A stretch of DNA of 64,000 nucleotides from the NCBI GenBank assembly GCA_963782055.1, contig CAWAIF010000003.1, forward strand, positions 1,600,001-1,664,000. Reading direction: 5' to 3'. The notes below the pieces were generated by a model, which was given only the letters and a program-made list of their open reading frames with translations, made no database searches and was not told the DNA's origin. Source of the stretch: an uncultured delta proteobacterium (GTDB taxonomy: Bacteria > Myxococcota_A > Polyangia > Polyangiales > Polyangiaceae). Of the stretch, positions 20,280 through 30,256 are shown piece by piece. The position numbers were made by a program, and so were the translations under genes. The stretch's first letter is position 1; the number at the start of each line of letters is the position of its first letter.

Positions 20280-21827
20280 CTACTCCGCGGCCTGCTTCGC
20301 CAGCGCCTGCTGCACCTTGCTGTGGCGCCGCCCGTAGAAGAAGTAGATCGCCATGCCGATGGCGAGCCAGACGGCCAGGCGCAGCCACGTCTCCCAGGGG
20401 AGCGCGATCATCATCGCCGCCGCGACGACGATGCCCATGATGGGGGTGAACGGCACCCACGGCGTCTTGAAGGGGCGCTCCATCTCGGGGTGGCGGCGCC
20501 GCAGGATCCACACCCCCGCGCACACGATGACGAACGCGAGCAGCGTACCGATGCTCACCAGCTCGCCCAGGATCCCGATGGGAATGAGGGCGGCGAAGAT
20601 CGCGACGAAGATGCCGACGGCGATGGACGAGAGCCACGGCGTGCGGAAGCGCGGGTGGATGCTCGCCGCCCACTTCCAGAGCAGGCCGTCGTTGCTCATG
20701 CTGAAGAACACGCGCGACTGCGCGAGGAGCATCACCAGCATGACCGAGCCGAGGCCGGCGATCGCCCCGACCTTCACCAAAAATCGCCCCCAGTGCACGC
20801 CGGTGGCGTCGACGCCGACGGCGACAGGGTCGGGCACGTTGAGGCTGGTGTAGGGGACCAGCCCGGTGAGCGTGCCGGCGACCAGGATGTAGAGCACCGT
20901 GCAGACCAGGAGCGAGCCGAGGATGCCGATGGGCATGTCCTTCTGGGGCTGCTTCGCCTCCTGCGCGGCCGTCGAGACGGCGTCGAAGCCGATGTACGCG
21001 AAGAAGATGACGCCCGCCCCGCGCAGCACCCCGCTCCACCCGAAGTGACCGAACTCCCCGGTGTTCGGCGGGATGAAGGGCGTCCAGTTCTTGTGCAGCG
21101 GCGCCCAGTGCGCGTGCGCCAGCGTGGAGATGCCCAGCCCGATGAAGACGAGCACCACGCTGATTCTGATCATGACGACGGCGGTGTTCACGCTCGCCGA
21201 CTCGCGGATGCCCACCACCAGGATGGCGGTCACCACCAGGATGGCGAGGAACGCGACCAGGTTGAAGCTCGCCGTCACGTGGGGGAGCGTGGCCGGGTCG
21301 ACGTGCGCCTTCTCCAGCACGTGCTGGATGGTGTCGGCCGGCGCCCACCGGCCCTGGTACTGGACGAGGTCGGTCCCCGGCGAGGCGGTGAGCGACGGCG
21401 GGATGTGCACGCCGTAGTCCTGCAAGAAGCTGTTGAGGTAGCCGCTCCAGCCGACCGCGACCGTGGCCGCGCCGAAGGCGTACTCCAGGATGAGGTCCCA
21501 GCCGATGATCCACGCGAAGAGCTCGCCGAGCGTGGCGTAGCCGTAGGTGTAGGCGCTCCCGGCGATGGGGATGAGTGAGGCGAACTCGGCGTAACAGAGG
21601 CCCGCGAAGCCGCAGCCGATGCCCGCGATGATGAAGGAGATCATGATCGCCGGGCCCGCGTACTGCGCGGCGGCGCTGCCCGTCAGCACGAAGATGCCCG
21701 CGCCGATGATGGCCCCGACCCCGAGCGCGACGAGATCGCGCGCGGCCAGGGCGCGCTTGAGCCCGCCCTCCTCGCTGTCCGCCTCCGCACGCAGCGCGTG
21801 GAATTCCTTGCGTGCCAACAGTCCCAT
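20280..21827 (-). CDS. APC-family amino acid permease (cationic amino acid transporter/YfnA-like)
   Basis: GVGAIIGAGIF, AGSAYTY, FFAYIGFDAVSTAAQE, ELVSIGTL, RPFKTPWVP; GGAGGA RBS upstream of ATG 21827. Confidence 0.95.
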   Translation of the reverse strand: MGLLARKEFHALRAEADSEEGGLKRALAARDLVALGVGAIIGAGIFVLTGSAAAQYAGPAIMISFIIAGIGCGFAGLCYAEFASLIPIAGSAYTYGYATLGELFAWIIGWDLILEYAFGAATVAVGWSGYLNSFLQDYGVHIPPSLTASPGTDLVQYQGRWAPADTIQHVLEKAHVDPATLPHVTASFNLVAFLAILVVTAILVVGIRESASVNTAVVMIRISVVLVFIGLGISTLAHAHWAPLHKNWTPFIPPNTGEFGHFGWSGVLRGAGVIFFAYIGFDAVSTAAQEAKQPQKDMPIGILGSLLVCTVLYILVAGTLTGLVPYTSLNVPDPVAVGVDATGVHWGRFLVKVGAIAGLGSVMLVMLLAQSRVFFSMSNDGLLWKWAASIHPRFRTPWLSSIAVGIFVAIFAALIPIGILGELVSIGTLLAFVIVCAGVWILRRRHPEMERPFKTPWVPFTPIMGIVVAAAMMIALPWETWLRLAVWLAIGMAIYFFYGRRHSKVQQALAKQAAE

Positions 21828-21991
21828 GCGTCCTCCGCTCGCGCTTATACCCCGGGGCGGTACGTCGCGACCAGGCTTCGGCGCCGTCCGGCAGGTTCTC
21901 CCCCGGACCGCGCGGCGAAGGCGATGCGCGCCCCGCGTAGCGCTTGCAGTCGGCCCCCGCGCGATCGCGCCCGGCCCACCGCCTTTCCGCT

Positions 21992-22007
21992 TGGCACCGA
22001 CGATGCA
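21992..22007 (+). promoter_or_regulatory. Putative sigma54 (-24/-12) promoter
   Basis: TGGCACCGACGATGCA = GG-N10-GC, 26 nt upstream of ATG 22034. Confidence 0.6.
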
Positions 22008-22033
22008 ACGGACATGTCGCACGAGGTCATCCC

Positions 22034-22516
22034 ATGTCCACCACGACCACGCACCCCCCCACCAACAACACGCGCGCGATCGCCGCGATCAACGCCTGCA
22101 TCGAGGCCTGCACCGACGGCCAGAAGGCGTACGCCATCGCCGCGGCCAACGTCCGCGCGCCCGCCATCAAGACGCTCTACCAGTCCTACTCCGACCAGCG
22201 CGCGGCCTTCGCCCTGGCGCTGCAGGACGCCGTACGCAAGCTCGGCGGCTTCCCGGAGAACCAGGGCACGGTCAGGGGCGCCGCGCGCCGCCGCATCATG
22301 GAGATGCGTCGGGGCGTCGAGTTCACCCATGACGACCGCGTCGTCATCCAGGAGTGCATCCGCGACGAGCAGGCATCCCTCCGGGCCTACGAGACGGCCT
22401 TCCGCACGGCCCCTCGCGAGGGGCTGCCCGGCGACGTCGGGCAGATGCTCGACGCGCAGTACGAGGCCATCCTCACCTCCATCGGCGAGAGCAAGAACCG
22501 CCTGGACATGCACTGA
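22034..22516 (+). CDS. PA2169/DUF2383-type ferritin-like four-helix-bundle protein
   Basis: INACIEACTDGQKAY...QRAAFALALQDAVRKLGG...VIQECIRDEQASLRAYE; GAGG RBS. Confidence 0.85.
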   Translation: MSTTTTHPPTNNTRAIAAINACIEACTDGQKAYAIAAANVRAPAIKTLYQSYSDQRAAFALALQDAVRKLGGFPENQGTVRGAARRRIMEMRRGVEFTHDDRVVIQECIRDEQASLRAYETAFRTAPREGLPGDVGQMLDAQYEAILTSIGESKNRLDMH

Positions 22517-22568
22517 AGTCCGGCCGCGGCGTTGGCCACGCGCCGGGCCGGCGGCTATCCTGCCGCGC

Positions 22569-23975
22569 GTGGGAACGTCGGCCCCCAGCTTGCCGCAGGT
22601 CGGCGCCATCCTCGGCGGCAAGTACCGCGTGGAGCGCGTGCTCGGCGAGGGCGGGATGGGCATCGTCTTCCAGGCGGTCCACACCCGTCTGGACAAGCAC
22701 GTCGCCATCAAGATGCTCCTGCCGCAGATGCTCCAGGTCCCGGAGCTGGTCGGCCGCTTCGAGCGCGAGGCTCGCGCCGCCGGCCGCCTCCGCCACCGCC
22801 ACAGCGCGCGCGTCATCGACGTGGACGTCACCGCGGACGGCATCCCCTTCATGGTGATGGAGCTGCTGCACGGCCACGACCTGGAGACCGAGCTGCGCGC
22901 GCGCGGCCGCCTCCCGCCGGGCGAGGCGGTGGCCTACGTGACGCAGGCGTGCGCCGCGATGGCCGAGGCGCACGAGGCGGGCATCGTGCATCGCGATCTC
23001 AAGCCGTCCAACCTGTTCCTGAGCGAGGAGCAGGACGGCACCGTGTGCGTGAAGGTCCTGGACTTCGGCATCTCCAAGCTGCAGACGCCCGACGAGGCGC
23101 GCGTCACGTCGACGCAGACGCAGATGGGGACGCCGCTGTACATGTCGCCGGAGCAGGTGCGCTCGGCGAAGAACGTCGACCTGCGCACCGACGTGTGGTC
23201 GCTCGGCGTCATCCTCTACGAGCTGCTCGCTGGCCACGCGCCCTTCGACGGGACGCCCATGGCCGTGGCCGCCGCCATCGTCGGGGATACGCCGCCGCCA
23301 CTTCGGCAGCTCGTGCCCGAGGTGCCCGAGGCGCTCGCCGTCGTGGTCGCGCGGGCGATGGAGAAGGATCCGGCGCGTCGCTTCGCCTCGACCGTCTCGC
23401 TGAGCGAGGCGCTCGCCCCCTTCGCCACCGCGCCCGCGGCTGCCCGGCCGAGCCTGCCGCTCGACGCACGGCAGGTGCAGACGTCGTCGCCCTCGCTGGT
23501 CACCGCGCCCACGCTCGCCGCGACGCCCGCCGATGCCGGCGCCAGACCGCGCGAGCCGGAGGGAGCCACCGGCGGGAGCTGGGCCACGTCGGAGGCCGAG
23601 ACGCCGCGTCCGCGCCGCACGGGGTTGCTCGTGGCGGGGGTCGGCGCGGTGGTGGTGCTCGCCGGCGTCGCCTTTCTCGCCTCGAGGCTGGTGCACGCGC
23701 CCCCGAGCCCGGCGGCCGCCGACTCCCGGACCGCGCCGCCCGCGCCCAGCGCGAGCGTGGCCCGCGCGCCCATGGACTCCGCCGCGCCTGTCTCCTCCAC
23801 GCCGTCGCCCGCGCCGCCGTCGCCCACGACGACCCGCTCGACCGCGACGACCGCGACGACGGCGGCGACGGCGAGGAACTCGGCGACGCCGGCACACGGC
23901 ACGTACACCGCGCGGCCGCGGCACCCGCCGCCCCCGGTCACGACGGCGCCCGTCAGCAACCCGCAACGCCTCTGA
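22569..23975 (+). CDS. Membrane-anchored Ser/Thr protein kinase with Pro/Thr-rich tail
   Basis: GKYRVERVLGEGGMG, HRDLKPSN, DFGISK, GTPLYMSPE; TM LLVAGVGAVVVLAGVAFL; TATCCT 7 nt before the GTG. Confidence 0.9.
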   Translation: MGTSAPSLPQVGAILGGKYRVERVLGEGGMGIVFQAVHTRLDKHVAIKMLLPQMLQVPELVGRFEREARAAGRLRHRHSARVIDVDVTADGIPFMVMELLHGHDLETELRARGRLPPGEAVAYVTQACAAMAEAHEAGIVHRDLKPSNLFLSEEQDGTVCVKVLDFGISKLQTPDEARVTSTQTQMGTPLYMSPEQVRSAKNVDLRTDVWSLGVILYELLAGHAPFDGTPMAVAAAIVGDTPPPLRQLVPEVPEALAVVVARAMEKDPARRFASTVSLSEALAPFATAPAAARPSLPLDARQVQTSSPSLVTAPTLAATPADAGARPREPEGATGGSWATSEAETPRPRRTGLLVAGVGAVVVLAGVAFLASRLVHAPPSPAAADSRTAPPAPSASVARAPMDSAAPVSSTPSPAPPSPTTTRSTATTATTAATARNSATPAHGTYTARPRHPPPPVTTAPVSNPQRL

Positions 23976-23985
23976 CGCCCGCCCG

Positions 23986-25695
23986 TCAGAGCGAGTAGAC
24001 CCACACCGTGTCGTCGATCAGCACGACGAGCCGGTTGTTGGCGCCGAGCACCATCCTGTACGGCAGCGCGGTCAGCGTGATGCCCAGCGGCGCCGCGTGC
24101 AGCCCGAGCCCCACCAGCTCGTTCTTCTCGTTGCTGTCGTAGAAGGTGCCGTCCGAGGCGAAGGCGGGGAAGGCGGCGCTGCCGTTGTACGTCGTGGACT
24201 GCTTGCCGTCGGCGTCCACCGAGTACAGGTTGTAGTCGTCCGCGGTGAAGTAGGTGGTCCCGTCCGGCGTGATGGCGACAATCTGCGCGATGGAGTGCAT
24301 GCCCTCGTCCGTTCGCCACACGACCTTGCTAAGGTCCGACGCCACCCGGGCGATGGAGAAGGGGTAAGGCGGGCCGTTGACTCCGGCCTCGGAGTCGTAG
24401 TCCACCACCAGGAGCCTGTAGTCGCCATCCGGCCCGACCGAGACGGTGTCCAGCGCGCCGCCCGCGAGGACCTGCAGCTTGCCGAGCACCTTCAGGTCGG
24501 CGTCCATCGCCCAGAGCGTGCCGTTGCTGGTGTCGCCGACGAGCACCTTGCCGCCGGTCACCGTCGGGTCGACGAGGTCGAAGCCCCCGAGCGTGCTCGA
24601 CGTGGGCCCGGGCTCGAGCCCGTTCAGCGTGTCCACCGAGTCGACCTGGCTCACCGGTCCGCTGAAGTACAGCCGCCCGGCCGCGCCGGGCCCGGGCGTC
24701 AGCGTGGAGCGCACGGTGGTGTCGGGCGCGTCCACCGGCGTGCCCTTCACCGCGCCCGTCAGCGGGTCGATGGCGAAGATCTGCGTGTCGTCTCCGGCGT
24801 AGACCGTGCCCGTCGGCCCGATGAGCAAGGTCCCGTCGGTCGACGACAGCGGCGTCCCCTGCAGGGGCACCTCCCACGTCTTGGACACCGTCTGCAGGTC
24901 GAACCTGGCCAGCTCACCGTTCTCCGCAAGGACGTAGGCGGCGTTGGCGGCGTCGATGGCGATGGTCCGCGGGATGCCGCCGTCCATCGTGAAGGACTTG
25001 GAGCTGGTCAGCTTGGGCTGCAGCACCGCCCCGAAGCGACTCAGCCCGGTGTGGCCAGGGCAGCCGAGGTGCATCGGCCAGACGGCGCCGGCCTGCAGCC
25101 CGCTCATGTCCCCGCACCCGGACGGCCCGGCGCCGCCGTCCAGCCCGCCGTCCCCGGCGTCGCCCGGCCCGGCGTCGACCCCGCCGTCGGCGTGGAGGCT
25201 GCAATCGCTCCTGCACTGCTCGGGGTCCACCTGCGCCGAGACGCACACGCCGTCGACGCAGGTCTTGTCGCCGGAGCAAGGCACGCCCGCGCACACCTGC
25301 TGCAGCAAGATGGGCACCGTCAGCGCCGTGCTGTCCAGGAACGGCAAGGAGCGGCGGGCGTGGAGACACCCCGGCGCTCCCTCGGCGCAGGTCCCGTCGT
25401 TGTCGATCGTCGCGGGGGCCACCGCCGCGATGACCTCGATGGTGATGGGCCGCGCCTTGCCCGGCGTGACGACCACCTTCCCGACGTAGCCGCCCGCGCA
25501 CGCCGACGACGCGGCGGCGATCGGCCCCTGCGGGTCGTAGGTGGCGCCGACGCGCACGCCGACGGGGCCGGTGAGCAGGGCGCAGTCGAAGTCGGTGGTG
25601 ACCTCCACCACGATCTCGGTCGGATCGCGGCACCCCAGGTACGCCGCGCCGCAGAGGAGCGGCACCAGCGCCAGCCCCGCGACGCGCTTCACCAT
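23986..25695 (-). CDS. Lipoprotein with Cys-rich linker and PQQ-like beta-propeller
   Basis: MVKRVAGLALVPLLCGAAYLGC-RDPTEIVV; WPMHLGCPGHTG; propeller-like repeats; start overlaps the upstream PEGA gene stop. Confidence 0.75.
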   Translation of the reverse strand: MVKRVAGLALVPLLCGAAYLGCRDPTEIVVEVTTDFDCALLTGPVGVRVGATYDPQGPIAAASSACAGGYVGKVVVTPGKARPITIEVIAAVAPATIDNDGTCAEGAPGCLHARRSLPFLDSTALTVPILLQQVCAGVPCSGDKTCVDGVCVSAQVDPEQCRSDCSLHADGGVDAGPGDAGDGGLDGGAGPSGCGDMSGLQAGAVWPMHLGCPGHTGLSRFGAVLQPKLTSSKSFTMDGGIPRTIAIDAANAAYVLAENGELARFDLQTVSKTWEVPLQGTPLSSTDGTLLIGPTGTVYAGDDTQIFAIDPLTGAVKGTPVDAPDTTVRSTLTPGPGAAGRLYFSGPVSQVDSVDTLNGLEPGPTSSTLGGFDLVDPTVTGGKVLVGDTSNGTLWAMDADLKVLGKLQVLAGGALDTVSVGPDGDYRLLVVDYDSEAGVNGPPYPFSIARVASDLSKVVWRTDEGMHSIAQIVAITPDGTTYFTADDYNLYSVDADGKQSTTYNGSAAFPAFASDGTFYDSNEKNELVGLGLHAAPLGITLTALPYRMVLGANNRLVVLIDDTVWVYSL

Positions 25696-26621
25696 CGCAA
25701 GGGAGCCCCGACCTGCCCGGGGGTGAAGCCGTCCCCGGAGTCCGGGGAACGCGGCGTCAGGAGCGCCACCGTCAGGGCCGCGCCGCCTGCCACCACGACG
25801 GCGATGCCCGTCCAGAACCACCACCTGGTGGCGATGGAGGAGCGGGCCACCAGCGGCACGTCCAGCTCGTGCCGCGCCCCTGCGGCGACGACCGCCGCGC
25901 TCTCCGCGTCCTCGTAGCCGTCCCGCTGCACGACGACCTTGTGCGAGCCCGCGGTCACGGTCACCTCGATGGGCGCGGTGCCCTCGCGCGTGCCGTCGAC
26001 GAAGACCGTCCCGCCGCCCGGCTTCGTCTGGATCACCAGCACGCCGTGCGTGTTCTTCGCGTCCAGCTTGGCGTCGATGACCGTCGTCCCCCCGCCGGCG
26101 AGGTCGAGCTGTCTGCGGTAGGGGAGGTAGCCGTCGGCGTCGATCTCCACCGAGGCCTTCCCCGCCGCGAGCCGCAGTGGCTTGGCGAGCGGCGTGGTGC
26201 CCACGACGCGCTCGCGGACGAGCACGCGCGCGCCGCTCACGTTGGTGGTGATGGCCAGCGTGGCTACCTTGGCGCGCACCTCTGCGATGAGCTCGTCGAG
26301 CCGGGGGACGCGCGCCTTGAGCGCGGGTGGCGCCTCCCGCGCGAAGGCCTCGAGGGAGTCCAGCGCCTCCGGGTAGTCGCCCCGCGCCCTGCGGACCTGA
26401 CCCACGTTGTAGAGGATCGCCGGGTCGTGGGAGAGCGCGTAGGACGCCGCGTAGTCCTTGAGCGCCTCGTCGTAGTGGAGCGCGTCCATCGCCGCGTCGC
26501 CCTGCGTCTTGAGGTCGTGCGCGCGGGCGGCGTCGTCGGGCGAGGGGTCGCCGGCGAAGGCGCCGCTGGCGACGACGAAGAGCGCCAGGGCGAGGGCGAG
26601 CGGCCAGCGGTGTGGCGTCAT
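25689..26621 (-). CDS. TPR + PEGA domain protein
   Basis: Signal peptide; TPR YDEALKDYAASYALSHDPAILYNVGQ; two PEGA repeats (GARVLV..VGTTPL; GTVFVDG..GTAPI); TRWWFWTG TM. Confidence 0.85.
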   Translation of the reverse strand: MTPHRWPLALALALFVVASGAFAGDPSPDDAARAHDLKTQGDAAMDALHYDEALKDYAASYALSHDPAILYNVGQVRRARGDYPEALDSLEAFAREAPPALKARVPRLDELIAEVRAKVATLAITTNVSGARVLVRERVVGTTPLAKPLRLAAGKASVEIDADGYLPYRRQLDLAGGGTTVIDAKLDAKNTHGVLVIQTKPGGGTVFVDGTREGTAPIEVTVTAGSHKVVVQRDGYEDAESAAVVAAGARHELDVPLVARSSIATRWWFWTGIAVVVAGGAALTVALLTPRSPDSGDGFTPGQVGAPLRW

Positions 26622-26672
26622 GACAGACCGGAGATATATCGTCGCGGACCCGGCCCGCCAAGGAGCCATGGA

Positions 26673-26698
26673 TCGAGGGCTCGGGCGGCTGCCCTCGA
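26673..26698. terminator. GC-rich hairpin downstream of the GH1 gene
   Basis: TCGAGGGC-N10-GCCCTCGA inverted repeat; no U-tract. Confidence 0.3.
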
Positions 26699-26704
26699 GC
26701 GGGC

Positions 26705-28264
26705 TCAGGGAGGCGCGGCCGGGGCGGGGTACTTCGCGACGAGATCCGGCGTGACCGCGTCGGCGTCGGCGATCTCCCGGTAGACGGACACCGCCTGCCG
26801 GGCGACGCGCGTCTTCTGCGGGTCCTTCGGGTCCACGGCGTACAGGCCCAGCTTCCAGTCCATGCCGTGGTTCCACTCGTAGTTGTCCATCAGCGACCAG
26901 TAGAAGTAGCCGCGCACGTCGGCGCCGTCGTGGATGGCGCGGGCGAGCCAGGAGAGGTGCCGGACCATGTAGCTCGGCGCGGTGCCGTCATCGTTCGGGT
27001 CGGCCGCGCCGTTCTCGGTGATGATCGCCGGGAGCCCGAGGTCGTTCTTCACGATCATCGCCATCTCGTAGATGCCGTGCGGGTAGTCCTCGTACGTCTG
27101 GATCGTGAAGGGGTTGAAGGTGCTGAGCGGCGAGAGGTCGGGCAGCGCGGGCGCAGTCTCCCCCTGCACGGTGATGCGCGTGTAGTAGTTGATGCCGATG
27201 TAATCCATCCGGTTGGCGAGGTCGTCGCGGTGCACCGGGTTGCCGTCCAGGTTGGCGTCCAGGTCCCCCTTCGCCACCCCGTTCAGGTAGACCATGTTCC
27301 ACAGGTAAAAGACGTTCTTCGCCGCCTGCACGTCGACGGGGTCGGTCGGGTCCTTCGGCGCGACCGGCGACATGGCGTAGACCACGCCCACCTGCGAGGC
27401 CTTGCCGTCGCCGTCGGCGTCCACCGTGTCGTTCGCCTTGATGGCGTCGTACATGCGCGCGTGCGCCTCGATGAGCGCGACGAGCACCGTCTTGGCGTCG
27501 GCGCTCTGCAGCGTCACCGCGGGCGGGTTGGAGCGCTCGGCCGAGGGGAAGATGTACCCGGGCAGCACCACCGCGAAGGGCTCGTTGAGCGTCGCCCAGA
27601 GGTCCACCTCTCCGCCGAACTCCTTCGCGACGAAGCCGGCGTACTTGGCGATCTCGGCGACGGTCTTGTCCTTGTCCAGCCACCCGCGCGGCGAGCACGT
27701 CTCGATGTTCTGGTGGCAGCCCACGCCGTCGTGCACCCACGTGGGCAGGGTGTAGTGGTCGACGGTGACGAGCGGGGTGATCCCGCGCTGCTTCATCGCC
27801 GCGAGCATGGCGTGGTAGTGCGCGAGCGCCGCCGGGTCGGCGATCGCCTTCAGCGCGTCGTAGCCCTCGACGCCCCAGGTGGGCTTGGGGAAGATGCGGC
27901 TCCACTCGAAGCTGAAGCGGAAGCCGCCGAGGTGCACCTCGTTCTTGAGCAGGTCGAGATCCTTCTCGTAGAGCTCCCACTCGCCCGGGCCGTCGTCGGG
28001 AGACTCGCCGCTCACGTGCGTCCCGGTGTCGCCGACGATCGCGGGGGAGGTGACGAACTGATACCAGTCGCTGTTGGGATCGTCGCACTGGTCCTTGGCG
28101 AGCGTCGGGCAGCCCATGTCCACCTGGAAGCCCGCCACCGAGGCGCCGAAGAGGAACCCCTTCGGGAAGGGAGGGGGCGGTCCCTCGTCGGGCGCGGGCG
28201 ACGACGAGTCGCACGCGGCGAGCAAGACCGCCGCCAGCAGCACGCAGAAGCTGGAGAGGCGCAT
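26705..28264 (-). CDS. Glycoside hydrolase family 1 (beta-glucosidase/galactosidase) lipoprotein
   Basis: FPKGFLFGASVAGFQ, FRFSFEWSRIFP, catalytic TLNEP and ITENG, YFYWSLMDNYEW; lipobox LLAAC. Confidence 0.95.
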   Translation of the reverse strand: MRLSSFCVLLAAVLLAACDSSSPAPDEGPPPPFPKGFLFGASVAGFQVDMGCPTLAKDQCDDPNSDWYQFVTSPAIVGDTGTHVSGESPDDGPGEWELYEKDLDLLKNEVHLGGFRFSFEWSRIFPKPTWGVEGYDALKAIADPAALAHYHAMLAAMKQRGITPLVTVDHYTLPTWVHDGVGCHQNIETCSPRGWLDKDKTVAEIAKYAGFVAKEFGGEVDLWATLNEPFAVVLPGYIFPSAERSNPPAVTLQSADAKTVLVALIEAHARMYDAIKANDTVDADGDGKASQVGVVYAMSPVAPKDPTDPVDVQAAKNVFYLWNMVYLNGVAKGDLDANLDGNPVHRDDLANRMDYIGINYYTRITVQGETAPALPDLSPLSTFNPFTIQTYEDYPHGIYEMAMIVKNDLGLPAIITENGAADPNDDGTAPSYMVRHLSWLARAIHDGADVRGYFYWSLMDNYEWNHGMDWKLGLYAVDPKDPQKTRVARQAVSVYREIADADAVTPDLVAKYPAPAAPP

Positions 28265-28299
28265 CACTGTGCAATCTACCTCAACGCGCTGCCCTTCGT

Positions 28300-28350
28300 G
28301 CCCGACGCGTAGCGGAGGGCCCGCGCCAGGGGCGGCGCGTGCCGCCCCTC
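28300..28350. repeat. Composite REP-like intergenic element (27-bp unit B plus hairpin A)
   Basis: 28300-28326 is identical to 62324-62350; the hairpin at 28328-28350 matches 36016-36038 as reverse complement with 1 mismatch. Confidence 0.75.
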
Positions 28351-28355
28351 CCAGA

Positions 28356-29213
28356 TCAGCGGAAGTAGAACTCCACCGCGGCGCCGGCGCCCACGTAGTG
28401 AGCGCCGTCGTCGATGCGGGGGAAGTCGATCTGCGCCTTGAGGTCCAGGAAGCGCGCGAGCGACACCCCCACGCCGAAGCCCAGGTTGACGTCGAAGCGC
28501 CGCGGGGAGTCGGCGTAGGCGTCCTCCGAGTAGTAGCGAAAGCCGGTCATCGGCCCGAGCCACACGCGGTCGGTCACCTGGAACCAGAACGCCACCGGCA
28601 CCTCGAAGGTTGCGAGCACCCGCCGGTGGAAGGTGAAGTGGCTGTAGGCGCCGAGGTCGATGCGCACCTTGGTGCCGATGTGGAACGCCATCGGCACGCC
28701 CACCACCTGCGTGAAATCGGTGCCCCCCGCCGTCGGGAAGATGGCGCGCCCCTCCACGCCGAGCTCGAAGACGTTCTTCACGAAGAGGATGCGGCCGCGC
28801 ACCCTCAGCTCGGGGTTGGCGAACGCGTCGCCCCCGTAGACGCCGGGATAGAAGGCGAGCGGGTCGAAGGGGCGCGCGTACGCGTCGGCGTGGCTGACGG
28901 CGCCTTCGTTGATGCCGAGGCCGTCGTCGAAGCCGCGGAAGCCCACGCGGAAGCCGATGTCGACGCGGCCCGCGATCCCCAGCACGCCGTCGACGCTGAC
29001 GCCGGTGCCGTTGAAGGAGCAGTACCCGCAGCGGGGGCCGACACCCTCGTCGGCGTGGGCGAAGCCGCCGCCCAGGTCGATGGTCCCCGCGACGGGCCCC
29101 GGGAGCGTGAGGAGCCGATCCACCCAGCGCGGGGTGGTGCCGGCGGCGCGGGCGCTTCCCGCGGTCAGCAGCGTGGCGGCCGTGGCCGCAGCGAGCGCGA
29201 ATCCGAGACGCAT
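28356..29213 (-). CDS. Putative outer-membrane beta-barrel protein
   Basis: Signal peptide; alternating hydrophobic/aromatic strands; C-terminal VEFYFR; GGAGG RBS. Confidence 0.75.
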   Translation of the reverse strand: MRLGFALAAATAATLLTAGSARAAGTTPRWVDRLLTLPGPVAGTIDLGGGFAHADEGVGPRCGYCSFNGTGVSVDGVLGIAGRVDIGFRVGFRGFDDGLGINEGAVSHADAYARPFDPLAFYPGVYGGDAFANPELRVRGRILFVKNVFELGVEGRAIFPTAGGTDFTQVVGVPMAFHIGTKVRIDLGAYSHFTFHRRVLATFEVPVAFWFQVTDRVWLGPMTGFRYYSEDAYADSPRRFDVNLGFGVGVSLARFLDLKAQIDFPRIDDGAHYVGAGAAVEFYFR

Positions 29214-29329
29214 GGGAGCACCTCCTGACCCAAGCTCTACCGCGCCGGCGGCCCTGCCGTCTCCCCTCCCGTGACGAAGTCCCTGCGCCCCCTTGGTCGT
29301 GCGCCGGACAAGGTCTACCCTGACGGGCC

Positions 29330-30256
29330 ATGATTCGATCCTCCTCGCCCCGGCGCCGCGTCCTCGCCGCCGTCGCCTCGAGCCTCCTCGCCGCCCTCCT
29401 CGCCACCGCCTGCAAGGCGCACCCGGGCGACTCGTGCGACGGCCCGGCCACCAAGTGCTACTCGCCCACGCAGAACCTCTCCTGTCAGGGCGGGCACTAC
29501 ATGCTCGAGACGTGCAAGGGCCCGAAGAAGTGCTCGGTGGAGAACGGCAAGGCCGTCTGCGACAACACCCACGCCGACATCGGCGACCCGTGCGTTGCGA
29601 TCAACTCGCTGGTGTGCTCGTCGGACGGGAAGTCGGAGCTGCGCTGCGTGAACCACAAGTACGCGCTGGTCAACCACTGCGGGGGCGGCGGCTGCAGCAT
29701 GAGCGACACCGGCGACGCGTACTGCTCGTGGCCGTACGGCATCGCAGGCGAGCCGTGCAAGGACAAGGGCGCGTGCAGCCAGGACGCCAAGACCGAGCTG
29801 GCGTGTGTCGGCGGCAAGCTGGTGGCGAAGAACCCGTGTCGCGGCGACGAGAAGTGCGTGGGGCTCTCATCCGGCCCCAACTGCGACCGCTCGGTGGGTC
29901 TGCCCGGCGACTCGTGCGACCCCAACGACCCCGAGCTCGCCGCCGCGTGCACGCAGGCGGGTGACACGCTCCTCGTCTGCCAGAACCACAAGCTCGTCCC
30001 GGGGCCTCGCTGCGCGGGCGAGGGCAAGTGCGGCGTGGCCAAGTACGGCATCGACGGCCGGCGTCACTTCCGCGCCGTGTGCGACCAGTCGATGGCGGAC
30101 GAGGGCGACGACTGCATCAAGGACCAGGGCCTCGCCTGCGCCACCGACCTGAAGAGCCGTCTCATCTGCAAGAACGGCAAGTTCACCCTCGACAAGCTCT
30201 GCAAGAAGAAAGACTGCATCGTCCACAGCGTCCCTGACCCCTTCGAGTGCGATTGA
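29330..30256 (+). CDS. Cys-rich repeat lipoprotein
   Basis: Lipobox ATAC; repeated G(D/E).C......C..D....L.C..GK units. Confidence 0.8.
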   Translation: MIRSSSPRRRVLAAVASSLLAALLATACKAHPGDSCDGPATKCYSPTQNLSCQGGHYMLETCKGPKKCSVENGKAVCDNTHADIGDPCVAINSLVCSSDGKSELRCVNHKYALVNHCGGGGCSMSDTGDAYCSWPYGIAGEPCKDKGACSQDAKTELACVGGKLVAKNPCRGDEKCVGLSSGPNCDRSVGLPGDSCDPNDPELAAACTQAGDTLLVCQNHKLVPGPRCAGEGKCGVAKYGIDGRRHFRAVCDQSMADEGDDCIKDQGLACATDLKSRLICKNGKFTLDKLCKKKDCIVHSVPDPFECD

